A DNA stretch of 64,000 nucleotides. Origin: Octopus sinensis. Taxonomy: Eukaryota. The stretch spans positions 19,344,001 to 19,408,000 of the forward strand of contig NC_043014.1 of NCBI RefSeq assembly GCF_006345805.1, given 5' to 3'. Under the pieces are notes generated by a model that had not been told where the DNA came from, did no database searches, and worked only from the letters and a program-made list of their open reading frames with translations. Position numbers and translations under genes: made by a program. Positions 37,718 to 52,044 of the stretch are shown here, piece after piece (the stretch's first letter is position 1; each line of letters opens with the position of its first letter).

Positions 37718-40700
37718 CTACAAAACAAATATTAAAGATCACATTTATTGAAAGCAAAATTCAAGGCTCTTCAATATCTATGGCATGGTTCATGTTAAAA
37801 TATTTGAGGAGAAAAAAAGCTTTAAGTAAATTTCCCACTCTTCACAATAAATAATACTATTTAAGGCTAAAAGCCTCAAATGTTTTTCATGGACTCCCAG
37901 TGTTCAATTACTACTTGTTTCATCGACCCTGAAATGTTCAAAGGTTAAGTGAACCACACAAAAAAAGAAGAATATGACACGGTTACACACAATGATAAAT
38001 ACGATACAAGGGATAATATGCTCATTACATTTGAAATGTTTGAAATATTTCTGTAAAAATTATAGATGTACATCAATCTTCTACAAATTTCTCTTTTCTT
38101 GTTTTTATAAGTGTTTTTTGAATTTATATTTTAAGGAAGGATATGAAAAGTTTCAGGTTAAATCACACCTGTACATATTCACACACACACACAACACACA
38201 CACACACACATACAAATACATGCACGCACGCACATACACACACCCAAGTACATACACGCACACATACATGCACACACATGCCCCCCCCCATACACACAAT
38301 TATGTGCTTTCCGTGTATTGAGATATAACAGAAAGAAAACATTTTTATGTTGTGAAACACCAAAGTGTATGAACTGAAATTTACAAGAAGGGGATGAGGA
38401 TAGTATTTTTGAGACCTTCCATGGGCAAGAACGTTTGTATAAGGACTGCAGTTACAGGGAGAAAGAACATAAGAAGTGTTTTGCGGGGATCTGTGAAATG
38501 AGTCATAGAGAGGAGGAGTCATGAATGGTCAGGTACAACTATATAGAGGGAGTATGTAGTAACTGTTAATAGTTAACAAGTTCAGAAGCAGTTATAGAAG
38601 CGGTAGAAAACTGAGATAAAAAAATGTTTGTTCAATAGTAAAACTTTAACAATCGTGTAACCTTTTTTCTACAAATAAGCATAAATATTTGAGGTTCTAA
38701 GAATATACAGTATAGGCTGGATAAAGCAAGAGCTGAATTACGAAATATATAAATAAATATATGTAAATAAATACAAATTGAGTGAGTAGTTTTATTAGAA
38801 ACTTTAGAGGCAAAATTGAATCTTGTACACATAATATAGCAATTAGAACAAATGAAAGTTCAAAGATGGATCTCACGGAAACTAGAGACATGTTGTCACC
38901 TATGGTGTTACTACATTGGTTATCAGTGTTGTATTAGAAATTCCACACGGGAAATAACTGGTTAGTACATGTGATATGGATGTTCGAAGATATAGATCTC
39001 CTACACGGAAATGACATTGTCTAGCAGAAGCTGGGCGAATAGTAACGTGACTGGGAGAAAGAAGGAAAAAACTGAAGTACTTAATTACAGCTCATTGAAA
39101 ATGTATAGGACTTGATAATAATTCTTGTGTCGAAGCAACACCACAGGACTGTATGGAAGAGTTGGCAATAATTAATAAAATGACTCAAGTAGAATATCAT
39201 CATTTTGATTCTCTAGTAATGAACAAAGATTGAATAACATCAGATAGCAAAATGGTTTTCTCTGTTTAGCAATTATCAATAAATAGAGCTGCCACTTCGA
39301 TTATTTGAACTTGAAGATCGTTTTCAAGATCTATCTCCAATTCAAGATCCGTCTTCGTTTTGGTAAATACGTCTACCGATTCTCGATAGAATATCGTGTA
39401 ATCAACAACGGATATGGATTTCTTTGGTGTGTAGTAATCAATGAGAATTATACTGTCACTTTTGGCGCGATTCGATCCATTCATTACACCGAAACCAAGA
39501 ATCAAGTGACATATCTGCAGCGGAAGCTGTCTGAGTTTTCTTGCTGAAAGAATTACAACTCCCAGATGTCTGTGAATAGAATTACTGTCATTCTATTTTA
39601 GTGTGAGCAATGCGCATAAACACACTCTGGCACAAATACAGACACATACACATACACACAACAGGCACACTCACGCACACAAACACACACATACGCACGC
39701 ACAGATATGACACAACACAGGCGATTCCTATGAGATTTATTCCTGCATGATAACAGATTCCATGCACGGATATTTCCCGACTAATGTGCTGGAATGTGCG
39801 TTAATATAAACACTATATTTAGATATAGTCGATATTTAAAGAGAGAAAGCAAGGGGCAGAGATAGTGAGGGCAAAGAGAATATTAGGAGAGAAACAGGAA
39901 AAATAATGACTCTGAGAGAGAGAGAGAGAGAGTGTGTGTGCAAGGGAGAGAAAGAGAGAGAGGGTGTGTATATGCGAGGGCGAGAAAGAGAGACGAAGAC
40001 AGAAAGAAAGGAGAGAGGAAGAGAACTATTACTACGCAAAATGTCTAGGAGTATTTAAATTCGGACAGATGCAGAACATCGGGGAGAATGCGGTCTCAAG
40101 TCAAATCACATCGTGGTCACTTTTGCTTTTCATCCTTCCGAAGTTGATAAATTTTCAGTTCAGTTACAGAAGCCCTTTCTTCTCTTTCTCTTTCACCTTT
40201 TCTCTCTTGAAAAAAAATCAGTTGTGATGGAATGTAACCTATCAAGTTTTAAAATGCTCTCAACACATGTAAAATGTCACAAATATGTCCCTATAACTTG
40301 ATCATTTAACGAGAAATTGGCACATCATTTAGAAAACCTAAACGGGAAATCTCTCAGGAACAAATCAGTTTTAAATATTGATTGAAACTATTTCTGTTTA
40401 TCTATACAACTAAAAGCTTTAGGGCAGAGCCCTTTAATTCTTGTTTTCCATTACCACCCAACCCAAATGACTTTTCTACTAATTGTAAAGAAATGTATTT
40501 GAGCCGTAGCGGGGTGGGTAACATTCCAGCGAATCTCCACTATTACCTCCGTTCCTATTCTCCTTTGATGCCAGGCACTCTATATATTCTATTCCAGATC
40601 TTAATATCCTTTTGGTGCTAAAATATCTCATTTATTTTCCCCCACTTCAGAATATTATACAATTCTTATACATAGCCAAGAGATCGCCAACACTTCCACC

Positions 40701-41457
40701 TACTAAAACCACAAAGCCCTGTAGTTGTACCTTTAGTATATGTAAAATTGTAACAACAAATGTTTCTTGAAATCAGTACATGTTGTTTTAAGAAAACGAA
40801 TAACACATTGAATAATTAAGGTTTCGACATACGACATCTAAACAACAGTCAACAACAACAACAATGAGAAGTCTATGTGGTATAGTTATATGATAAACAA
40901 ACAAACGAATAATTGGTGAGTGGTTTACAAGTTTTCATTGAAATTACAAGGCCTCGGGTTCGATCGTACAGCAGGGCATCTTGGGTACGTGGCTTTCACC
41001 ATAGCTTCTGGAAAGTTGGTAGACGGCATTTCTTAGAATCCTTGCGAATGATTATATATGTATTTCAAAGGTGACTCCACTGGGTACCGCAGATCCTGTT
41101 ATTTTAAGTCTGCACCTATCTATCATATAAACTTACCCACTGTGGTAGAATTAGCATGTAAGTCTAATGACTTACATACTAATTAAATGAGCAGGTAATC
41201 CAATTAACTGAACAAGTAAATAATCATCGTCGAAACAGACGGAAATCTATTTTATTTACACGATTAAAAATAAAGGCAATATTTCACCGGAAATAGAATT
41301 AATGTCGTCTCAATAGAGTATTTACATTCCGTCTTCTAGTTTTTAAATTCTATGTAGACAAACCAGCCTTCCGTTATTTCCAGTGTTGAGGCGAAGCACA
41401 AAATGTAGAGTTTTAGTGTAAATACAAAACTGCATTTAGCTGTGTCCGGAACATTAT

Positions 41458-41832
41458 AAACCACATGGTTCTGGGTTCAGTCCCACTGCGTGGCACCATG
41501 GGCAAGTGTCTTCTGCAATAGCCTCGGGCCGATTAAAGCCTCGTGAGTGGATTTGGTAGACGGAAACCGAAAGAAGCCCGTCGTATATATGTATATATAT
41601 CTATATATATGTGCGTGTATAGGTTTGTGTGCTTGTGTTTGTCCCCCAACATCGCTTGACAACCGATGCTGGTGTGTTTACGTCCCCGTAACTTAGCGGT
41701 TCGGCAAAAGAGACCGATAGAATAAGTACTAGGCTTACAAAGAATAAGTCCTGGGGACGATTTGCTTGACTAAAGGCGGTGCTCCAGCATGGCCACAGTC
41801 AAATGACTGAAACAAGTAAAAGAGTAAAAGAG
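41458..41832 (+). mobile_element. SINE family A, young, slightly 5'-truncated
   Basis: High similarity to 30505-30912. Confidence 0.9.
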
Positions 41833-42768
41833 GTCTCTTACGAGTGTAAATATCTACAGCTTCCATGATTTTTTTAATCATCTGGGTGTTGATAAGATAT
41901 TCATCAGTGATATTTTAGTGATTAAGGTGGATAATTGACAGACTCGTAAGAACGTCGAACAAAATATATAACGATATCTACTTCTATACCCTTTGTTTGA
42001 GTTCAAACCTCACCGAGGTAAATTTTTATATTTTCGAGGACGATAAAATACCAATCTTGGGTGGTGGATTGGCGGAAGCGTTAAAATGACGAATGTGTGG
42101 TTGTTTTTATTTTGGGTTCACCTCCCAACTTTGTCTACTTCAATTATAACATTAATAAGAAAAAGGTTTCCTGTTTAATGATCCCGTTACCCCTATATCC
42201 CATTAGCTTTCAAGACCTTATGTATATACTGCACACTATTCTTTCCTTCTAGTTGAAAGATGAAAAAAAAAGCACTTATATTAATTAGTTTTAGCAAAGA
42301 TTTTGCAGCCAAATCTTCGACCTAGTTCTGACTAAAGAATTGAGCGTCAATCGTTGCGGTATAGTAATCGGTACAATAGACATCGTTATGGATAAAGAGC
42401 CAGAGGGAGAAAAAAGAGAGAGAAGAGGAGAGGTGTGTGTAAATTGTCTGATACTGGTTTGTAGATAGGTAAATTAGCAAACCAGTTATCTTTTATCTTT
42501 TGTTTCAGTTATAAGACAGCGGTCATGATGGGGCAACACTTTCAAGAATTTTACTTGAATGAATCGACTCCCTTATTATTTTTTTGAAGCCTGGTACTTA
42601 TTCTATCAGTCTGTTTTCCCGATCCGCTATGATGGGGGGATGTGGGAATATGGGGACGTAGAGACGTAAACAGACCACCACCGGTGATAGGGGTGGCGGT
42701 GCAAAAACAGACACATCACACACACACTCACACACATATACGACGGATTCTTTCAGTTTCGGTCAACC

Positions 42769-42900
42769 ATCCTTTCATCCTTTCGGGGTCGATAAATTAA
42801 GTACCAGTTACGCACTTGGGTCGATGTAATCGACTTAATCCCTTTGTCTGTCTTTGTTTGTCCCCTCTATGTTTAGCCCCTTGTGGGCAATAGAGAAATG
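42769..42900 (+). mobile_element. SINE family B, 3' half, joined to a minus-strand family A fragment (about 42510-42765)
   Basis: CCTTTCATCCTTTCGGGGTCGATAAATTAAGTACCAG...TTTAGCCCCTTGTGGG matches 905-1133. Confidence 0.85.
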
Positions 42901-44490
42901 AGAATACCGGCTTGATATAAATTTCAGGTTGGCTCTTCAAACAAGCTGCGAGCAATCTTATTCGTGGATGATGGGAGATGGCAGAGGAAAGAGAAAATAG
43001 TAAGAAGTGGAAACATTGAAAGCAAAACTGAAATCAAGTAAACAAATGAACTCCCAATATTGGTAGAGCAAACGGAGCAACACCAAATCACAAATGGACT
43101 GAATGAATATTGTTCTATTTCTATCTGACTGAACATGCGCACATGCATATACATATACATACGAAACTCACAAGCACTGACAGACATACAGAAGCATTTT
43201 TAACCTATTTAACAATACATATACACACATACATATATACATACATACGTACGAACGTACGAACACATGTATGTATGTATGTATGTGTATGTGTGATTAT
43301 ATCAAGTCATATATATAAATCGATTTAACATTATACTAATGTATTGCTTAAAAGTTTTGCTCTTTCTGATGTGTTCTTATTTTTTACAAAGAAAACATTC
43401 ATAACGACCTCGAGCAACTTCGGTATGCTTGCCGTTATCGGAAAGTCAGATGGCAATCTAATCAAATTAAACCTGGCCTATACAACATAAATCTGTACTT
43501 TTTTTTTATCTGTTATATGTTTCAGTCAGTAGACTGCGGCCATGCTAGGACTCCGCCCTGAATAATTTTAGTCGAACGAATTGACTTCAGCACTTCCATG
43601 CACCCAGAGAGTGTCAGTGAATTATATTTTAAATTATGAAATTGTAGATGTCTTAAGGAAAAAAATCCATATTTTTGTGAATATGTATATATTGCATGTG
43701 AAGTATGAGGCACGATGATTTGGGTATATGAATTATATTACTGTCTGAAACTTAAATGTTAAATAAGGTGGAAACCTAAGCTGCAAGGAAGAAATGGATA
43801 GCGACGTTACGGGAGGTGGGAAATGTGAATGTATATGTTTAGGTACTCGTTTATTTTTGTTAATTACTACTTCAATATTTATGGATAGGTGGGTGCAAAA
43901 TGTTCTGTATTAGCTTTTTATATATATATTTTCGAAATTTTGCCAGGTGTATAATGGATGTCTGTTACATATACATGTCTGTTGTGTGTGTGTACTTATA
44001 TATAAGCATATCTATCTACCTATGTATGTATATATGGATGTATGTATCTATCTATATACACACACATGCGCACACATATAGTTAAAATTTATAGAAAAAC
44101 AAAAGACGAAGACATGTGTATAATCAACAAGCAGGTGATTAGTTTGATACTCGGGAAAATGGAAAAAGTCTTTTCGAGCCTACCCTCTTCGACAGAAAAA
44201 AAACAAGAGGAAATAAATAGAGAGAATGAAAAAAAAACGTATTGCGTTTAGTGCTGCAACACACTCACGGGCGTGCACATACACACACGCACGCACACAC
44301 ACACATATACATACGTGAATACATGCAAACATATGTGTATAAACTGTTTGAAGTGGTGTGCATGTTTTATATATCAATGAAAAGAAGGTAGTCTGAATTC
44401 TAGATAATTCTTTATTAGCACTTTCGAATGAGACGAAAGCGCGAATAAAGAATAATTCAAAATCATGACTTCCTTCTCTTCCCTAATATA

Positions 44491-44524
<34 letters not shown>

Positions 44525-44528
<4 letters not shown>

Positions 44529-45757
44529 TGTTGGACAAAAGTAATGGAAACGCCTAGCATCGTAACATCATATTTTTGAAATAACTGTAAACCCGTCAAA
44601 ACATTGTTCATTTTGATTTCTTGTCTATTATTAGTGTTGCTTAACGTGTTTTGCGAAAATTGCTGTTTCTTTTCAGATATCATCAGAAAACGGTAATTAA
44701 AATTCATTAAAATGACAGATCTCACGGACTTTTAAAGATGGCAAATTGTTGGTGCTCGTATGGCAGGCGCTAGCGTAATGAAAGCAGCCGAAATGGTTGG
44801 TGTATCAAGAAGTACTGTCTCGAAAGTAATGACAACCTTTGAGAAAGAGGGAAGAACTTCCTCGTCGAAACAAAACTCCGGAAGAAAACCAAAACTTTCA
44901 GACAGGGACCGTCGGAATTGTTTGAAAGGATCACAAAAGTACAGCTCCCAGAATTACTGCAAAGCTTAATGACCATCTCGAGAATCCAGTTTCCACAAAA
45001 ATTGTTCGCCGGGAACTGCGGATTTCACGGGAGGGCTGCAATCACAAAACGACTACTTTCAAAACAAACGTTGCAAAACGTTTAGATTGGAGTTAAAAAC
45101 CTACAGAATTGGTCCTTCGAGCAGTGGAAAAATGTTACTTTCTCGGACGATCCATCCTTTACCTTATTTCCGACCACCGGCCGAGTATACGTGTGGTGCC
45201 AAACGAAGCATTTGACCAAGACTAATTTCTTCCAACTGTTGGAGGAGAATTTGAGATGATCTGAGGAGCTATATCTTGGAAATCCGCCAACCCAATGGCT
45301 TCCCTTCGAAGCAGAATTAATAAACAAGACTATTTAAGAATTTTATCTGATCATATTCATCCTATAGTTGCGGAACTGCTTCCGAAGGGAAACGCAATGT
45401 CTCAGGATGATTATGCACCAATTTACATTGCTAAAGTTGTTACTGAATGGCACAAGGAACATTCTAGTGAAGTTGAACATCTTATCTGGCCACCAGAGTC
45501 CCCAGATCTCAATATTATTGAACATTTATAGTGCATTTTAGAAAAACAAGTAAGGAGTCGATATCCTCCACCATCGTCACTACAAGAACTGTAGCCTGTT
45601 GTAGCTGAAGAATGGACAAAGATTCCTTTGGAAACAATTCACACGTTATACAAGTCCATACCTCGTAGAATTCCAGCTATAATTACTGCCAAAGGCGGTC
45701 GTACCCCATATTAAAATAAATTTGTTTGAATTTTTAATGTGTTTCCATTATTTTGTC

Positions 45758-45760
<3 letters not shown>
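44525..45760 (+). mobile_element. Tc1-like DNA transposon (DD34E), near full length, decayed
   Basis: Terminal inverted repeats TTGGACAAAAGTAATGGAAAC / GTTTCCATTATTTTGTCCAA. Transposase spans about 44712-45714 with HTH (GVSRSTVSKV), GRKPKL, FSDD, QDDYAP and WPPESPDLNIIEHL, interrupted by frameshifts. Both ends lie in (TA)n. Confidence 0.92.
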
Positions 45761-45833
<73 letters not shown>

Positions 45834-45849
45834 GAGTAAGCACATATAT

Positions 45850-46064
45850 GTAAAACAAGCTGGAAAAATAAAACTTGAATACCGATGGTAGAGTAATGTG
45901 CTTTTTTATTGAAGCTGCAAAAATATCAGAAAAAACTGTAATTCAGAGTTTCGCGTTCCCGTTCGTCGAGTAGTTTTGATCAAGTGTCTTGATCACAATT
46001 ATTCGACGAACGGGATCGTCGAACTGTGAGTCACAGATTTTCTGGTATTTTTTCAGCTTTAATA
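45850..46064. mobile_element. Asymmetric fold-back PLE-type terminus with two hammerhead-like arms (45936-45974 minus, about 45998-46036 plus)
   Basis: Hairpin 45907-46064 centred on TGATCAAG-TGT-CTTGATCA; homologous to 52870-53111. Confidence 0.75.
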
Positions 46065-46104
46065 ATAAAAAAAGAATGTGTGCGTGCATATGTGTGAGTA
46101 TGTA

Positions 46105-46190
<86 letters not shown>

Positions 46191-48533
46191 GAGATAGATA
46201 GATACATTTACATATTTATCTGTCTATCTATCTTTCTATCTATCTATATATTATATATATATATTTATGTATGCCTATATATATTATATATATATACATG
46301 TAAATATGTGTGTATATATATTTAAGCATACATACACATACACACTCATACATACATATATATACATATGTATACATATATATATTTATATATATTTATA
46401 TCCACTTACATGCTTGACAGTTTAAGACATATTTCGTGCTAGGTAAAATGTGTTATAGTAACATATTGTTAAATACGATTAAAATATAGCATAAACATCT
46501 TACATATATACTTACAGAGATATATATCTGTATAGTTCATGCATATATGCGTATACTTAAATTTGTATATGGAAAACGACATATATGTACGTGGATAAAA
46601 TATATCAGCAGGATTATTTCGTGCGTCTAAACTGATTCTCTTTTAACTAAATTCATATGTAACAATATCTTATTTATGAGTGTATAAATATTTTATTATC
46701 TATTGTTAAATAGAACATCATATATTTAATAGCATATCGCTTGTGTATACCTACATAACGAGGTATTTCAGCCTGCCTATTATCATCACAATGTTTTACA
46801 CCTGATTGAATTGGTCTGTACGTGAGTCACTTATCTGTGTGTGCAGACTCTTTACAACTGCAAAAGGCATGAATCTACTTATATTGTAACAAGACGAGTA
46901 CATATAACTGCACATTGATTTAATATGGTGATATAATTTTACTCCTAACATTGCTATCACATGGTCGTAAGTTTCTAAGAAATTGGTTAAGTTAGCAAAT
47001 ATTAACCCTTGACAGCATCAAGTTGTGTAAAGGTTTTGAAATGAAAAGTAAAAACAAAAAGAAAAAAGCTAGGGATAGAAAATTAATGCAAGATGAGAGA
47101 GAATTGTGTTCTTTAATTGGTAGTGATACTCATATAACTGACATTTACTGAGGAATATTATTTTTAGCAACACTAAACACCAATAGTTCAATAGAATAGA
47201 TTTCATGCTGAAACGCCAATCTACTGTAGCACGGGAAGGTTATAGCAAGAACCATGACTATACTGGCGCTCCTGCCACTAAGAAGAACAACGAAATCGCA
47301 ACGCTGGCAACAAGTCTGCTAGAAAGAGAAAATAAGTCTCATTCAAAGCACACGCTATTGTATAAAATACGTAGAGATCCCACTCGGACAATGTTGTTTT
47401 TTGATACAAAAAGAAACAAAAATGGAAGGATATGAAAGGAAATGTTTATATCATAGGTTCGCTTGATCTGGGTCGAACTAAGGCTAAACAACACTAACAC
47501 CAACAACAACAATACGACAAGCATGTTAACAATAAAAAGCAGTATGTTTATTCTCAGTTTATCGACAATAACTCAGGAAATAGATGACTTCCAACAACCC
47601 ACACAGCACCAAGCCAACGAAGTAACCTCTACATGGTCTTTCGATTGGCTTGTAATGACAGGCAGCTCAATCTAGTAACGCAATCTTCAGTCTTATGCGA
47701 TGATATGATGCATAAGTTAAAGTAGTGATACATAGACCGAAGAAAACAGCATGGTCATTGCAGGAATTGCTTGATTGTAGCCTTTTCAATTAAGTGGTCT
47801 TCAGGCTAAGCAACCCTTATGTACTTGCCTAGTATAATGTTGGTTCCTGTTGCTGATGTTGATTGATGCCAGTTAGTTCTGCTCTTGCGGTATTTGGTTA
47901 AAGGTTCTTCAGTTTGTGAATATTCCTTCAGCTTTTATACAATATGTACGCTGTATTTTGAGGGAAATCTTGCTAATGTCTCTAGTAGATGGAACAATCA
48001 CAGAAAGGATCTTCTCGTTGGTTCGATATTTTGGTTATCATTTTGTTGTCACTCACTGAGTCAAAATCCCCACATTACTTGTAAGTAGTGAAGCAACGGT
48101 TTTGATCTAAGACTTCCTCTAAAAGAGTTGACCTGGAGCTAAATAAACACTAAAAGCAGAGAGACAGACATACAGGGTGTATAGTTGACGTGTATTTTGG
48201 TGATGTGCAACAGAGATGAGTGTCTAAGACGTCCAATGAGGGAAAACCCATGTAAAACCATTGGTGACACTAACAACAATTATAACCACAATGAAGACCA
48301 CAGAAATAAAAAGGTACTAAAAACAATTTCAGTGAAGAATAGCAAAAATAAAATCAATGTCTTGAAAAGTTCCTTTGAAAGATATCAATATAATATGAAT
48401 TGGCATATTTTCTGTTAAGATAAGCACGATATTCAAATGAATGGATTTGAAAGAGTTAAGGAAGTCAAACGAACAAAGCAGATAATTGGATTAAGCCACT
48501 GAGCTTTTGAGCCTATGTACATAACTTTGTGTG

Positions 48534-48567
<34 letters not shown>

Positions 48568-48963
48568 AGCATGTATGTCTGGGTGCGCACGCATGTAGTC
48601 TGATTATATATACAACACAGATTAAAATAGAATACTATCAAGTCAGCATAAAACTATATACAGGCGACGGTTTAGCGGTATCTCATATTTCAAAGAAACT
48701 TAGACAAACTTACAAACATACTAGTTTCTTCAAAGTATTCAATATATGAAGTACGATATGGACAATGACGAAATAAAGAATACTTTCAAGATATAACACT
48801 TGTACTAAACACAATCAAATACGATAGGCTGCTGAATAATCAGCATATATTCAATATATATCAGCAAAGAATCTTACAACGTCCTTCAATTGTAAAATAT
48901 CATAGATAATATTGGTAAATATTTATAAATCACAGATGTGAACCTCTCTCTCTCTCTCTCTCG

Positions 48964-49004
<41 letters not shown>

Positions 49005-49010
49005 ATATAT

Positions 49011-49043
<33 letters not shown>

Positions 49044-49572
49044 GTATATATATATACATGTATATATATGTGTGTGTGTGTGCTTTTATGCATGTGTATA
49101 TATATATATATATATATATTATAACCATGTTCCGAGGCCCCAACTCTTCAATCAAAACTCATAATCAAAGCACCTTTTATTCATAGCTCTATTCTATTTT
49201 TTATTCTGTCTAAAGTTCAATATTTCACGATATCCTAAAGAACATCTTCAAAAGTACAAGATGAATTTATTGAGGTCTATTACAAATTTCAATAAGTAAA
49301 ACTTCCAGATATGAATAAAAGAGCACTTTTATAATCCAGGCAACTTTCGAAGACAAACACGGCGCACTATTCGCTTCGCGAAATCATCGATCAATTCAGA
49401 ATAATCATGCTGAGAGCTATGTTCTATTTGTATCATAAACAATCCACAATGTCTGATACACGTTCGTGGTACAACGTAATAATTTTTACAAGAACTTTTG
49501 CAGATACAAATTTTCAGTTAACGTAGTTAAATTCTTGTTCAACATCTAAACCAAAGTAAATAGATAACTCAC

Positions 49573-49654
49573 CTACGTACTTTCATCTCAACATGGGACT
49601 CCTCATCCGCGGTGGCCCCTGCGACCGCAGGGGTTGCAGGGCTTAGCGACGACC
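49573..49654 (-). CDS. Probable upstream exon of the PLEKHG7-like gene: SSLSPATPAVAGATADEESHVEMKVR(S)
   Basis: 82 bp, TAG|GTGAGT donor in phase 2 matching the next exon, open frame, GC-rich. The acceptor (CATACAG) has a weak pyrimidine tract. It may instead be a first exon starting at the ATG of MKVR. Confidence 0.55.
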
Positions 49655-49918
49655 CTGTATGCATGTATATATATATGTGCATTAATACCTGTATAAGCAC
49701 ATATGTACACACGAACACACACATACACACATGTATTTATATATATATGTATATGTAAAGATATGTAGAAGGTTGAAAAGGAACGCACGAGTTGATATAT
49801 ATGGACGAAAGAAGTCAAGGTAGAAAATGCTAAAATACTTTTATAAAAGACATTTCATTTTAGGTCACTTAACCATTTAACACCTTACTACTATCATACT
49901 GTATATACTGTATATATA

Positions 49919-49984
<66 letters not shown>

Positions 49985-50156
49985 GTATATATATATGTAT
50001 ATATATATGTATGTATGTACATATGTATGCAATAGTGTATATTTAAACGCAGGAGAAACTACCCGTTAAAGGTAGTTTCTGTTGTGTACATTACAAGATT
50101 TGGCTCGAAAGCCAAAACAGAATACCTTATAGCAAAAAAAAAGAAGAAAACACTAA

Positions 50157-50237
50157 ATGACCCACAAAATTGCGTAGCATGACACTGAATATAATATGAC
50201 CCACAAAATTGCGTAGCATGACACTGAATATAATATG
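50157..50237 (+). repeat. Perfect 39-bp tandem duplication
   Basis: ATGACCCACAAAATTGCGTAGCATGACACTGAATATAAT occurs twice in tandem. Confidence 0.95.
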
Positions 50238-50339
50238 TCGAACAAAACCTGTACTTGGTTGAGAAGGAAATTGAAACAAGGTACAGAGAGACTTATTATA
50301 GTAGTTCACAATCAAACAGTAAAAACAAACAATATGAGA

Positions 50340-51023
50340 AAATATGTGTATGGGGATAAGGTGTCAACAAAATGTAATGTGTGGAATTTGGAATGAAACA
50401 ATAACATATTGTTGAAGAATATCCAATGTTGGTTCAGAGAGAATATAAGAAATCGAGCCATTACCAAGTTGCGAAAGTTTTGCCCTGGAAACTTTGCCAA
50501 AATCAGGTTATTTGAAGCTAGAAGTATTTGGAATGATCATCAGGTTGAAAGAGTGCTTGAGTCAGAAATGTAAGATTTTATAGAATTTTCCAATTCAAAC
50601 GGATAAGTTAGAAAATAATAAACTAGATATAGCAACAATAGGCAAAGAGAAGCTAAGTTGCTTACTAATGAATCCATCATGTCCGTTTGATTCGAGGAGA
50701 GTAAAGAAAGGAGATGAAAAATTATAAATAATTCAATCCCTTAGAATCTGAAATTTGCGAAAATTTGAAGTATGAAAACTGTAACGGTTGTGCCAATAAT
50801 AATTGGTGTATTAGGAACAGTGAGTAATGAGATAGGAAAATGGTTGAAGGAGATTTAACTGAAATCCCCTGTAGAGCTTCTACAGAAAGTTTGCTTCTGG
50901 AAATCTTATCAGAAGTGCTTTGGGCACTTGAAAGATTATTCAAAGCTTGTGTATATCTAAGGTTACAGGTTGTGCCCCGCTATCGACATAAATCCGACAA
51001 GGAAAAAGACCAAACCTGAGTCA
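50340..51023 (+). mobile_element. Old R4/Dong-like RLE retrotransposon 3' fragment followed by (TAA)n (51024-51221)
   Basis: Across frames: KCNVCGIWNETIT, FPIQTDK, CLLMNPSCPFDSR and VVPIIIGVLGTV, homologous to 10904-12070. Confidence 0.75.
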
Positions 51024-51073
51024 AATAATAATAATAATAATAATAATATAATAATAATATAATAATAATAATA

Positions 51074-51113
<40 letters not shown>

Positions 51114-51140
51114 TATAATAATAATAATAATATAATAATG

Positions 51141-51222
<82 letters not shown>

Positions 51223-52044
51223 CGTATTTAGAATTAGTTATAGAAGAAAAAGAAAAGCAGTAAGGTGAAGGAGAGGTGGAGGTGAAGGAAAATTTCTGCT
51301 ACTTCTCGAAATATAAACAAAATAAGTACAGACATCAAATTATAGCATTCATTCATATAATTGTGCATATGTACGCACACATACATTGCAGATAAACGCA
51401 GACATTGGTGAAATATTTAATCATTGAGATTATGCAGTGCTTTGGCTTTTTTATATTTATACGAATTACTCAAACTGTGAGAATAATGTCTATTAAATGT
51501 ATGAGAGAGTAGATATTGTATACTTAGTCTGAGATCGGTGAACTATACACTCACATACACACGCGAATCGACACGAGTAATTATTTCTTAAACTCAGGTA
51601 TTTATTCTATCGTTCGGTCTTACCAAATCGCTAAATTACGGACGGACACACACACAGACACACACACACACACACGTGCACATATATATATACATATCCT
51701 TACACACTAAACTCTCTCTCTCTCTCTCTCTCTCTCTACATATATATATATATATATATATATACATACACACAGGTACGTACATACACACACACACACA
51801 CACACGTATATATGTCGAACGATGAAATGAGTGCTCAACACCACATTGGTGGAGGATATGTATAATTCACAAATAAAGATATATACACATATACATACAT
51901 ATATATATATATATATGAACTTTGTTTAAGGAAAACGTTTTGAATATGCAAAAAAAGCTCATATTCCATTATGTGCCGATATAATGCAGAATGAATTATA
52001 ATGATAATAATAATCCTTGGATTGAATTTATAAACATTTAATGC

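Noticed and set aside
39266-39547. Overlapping 79-aa and 80-aa ORFs
   Set aside because: No recognisable domain and no strong in-phase donor; kept only as an unexplained block in the findings.
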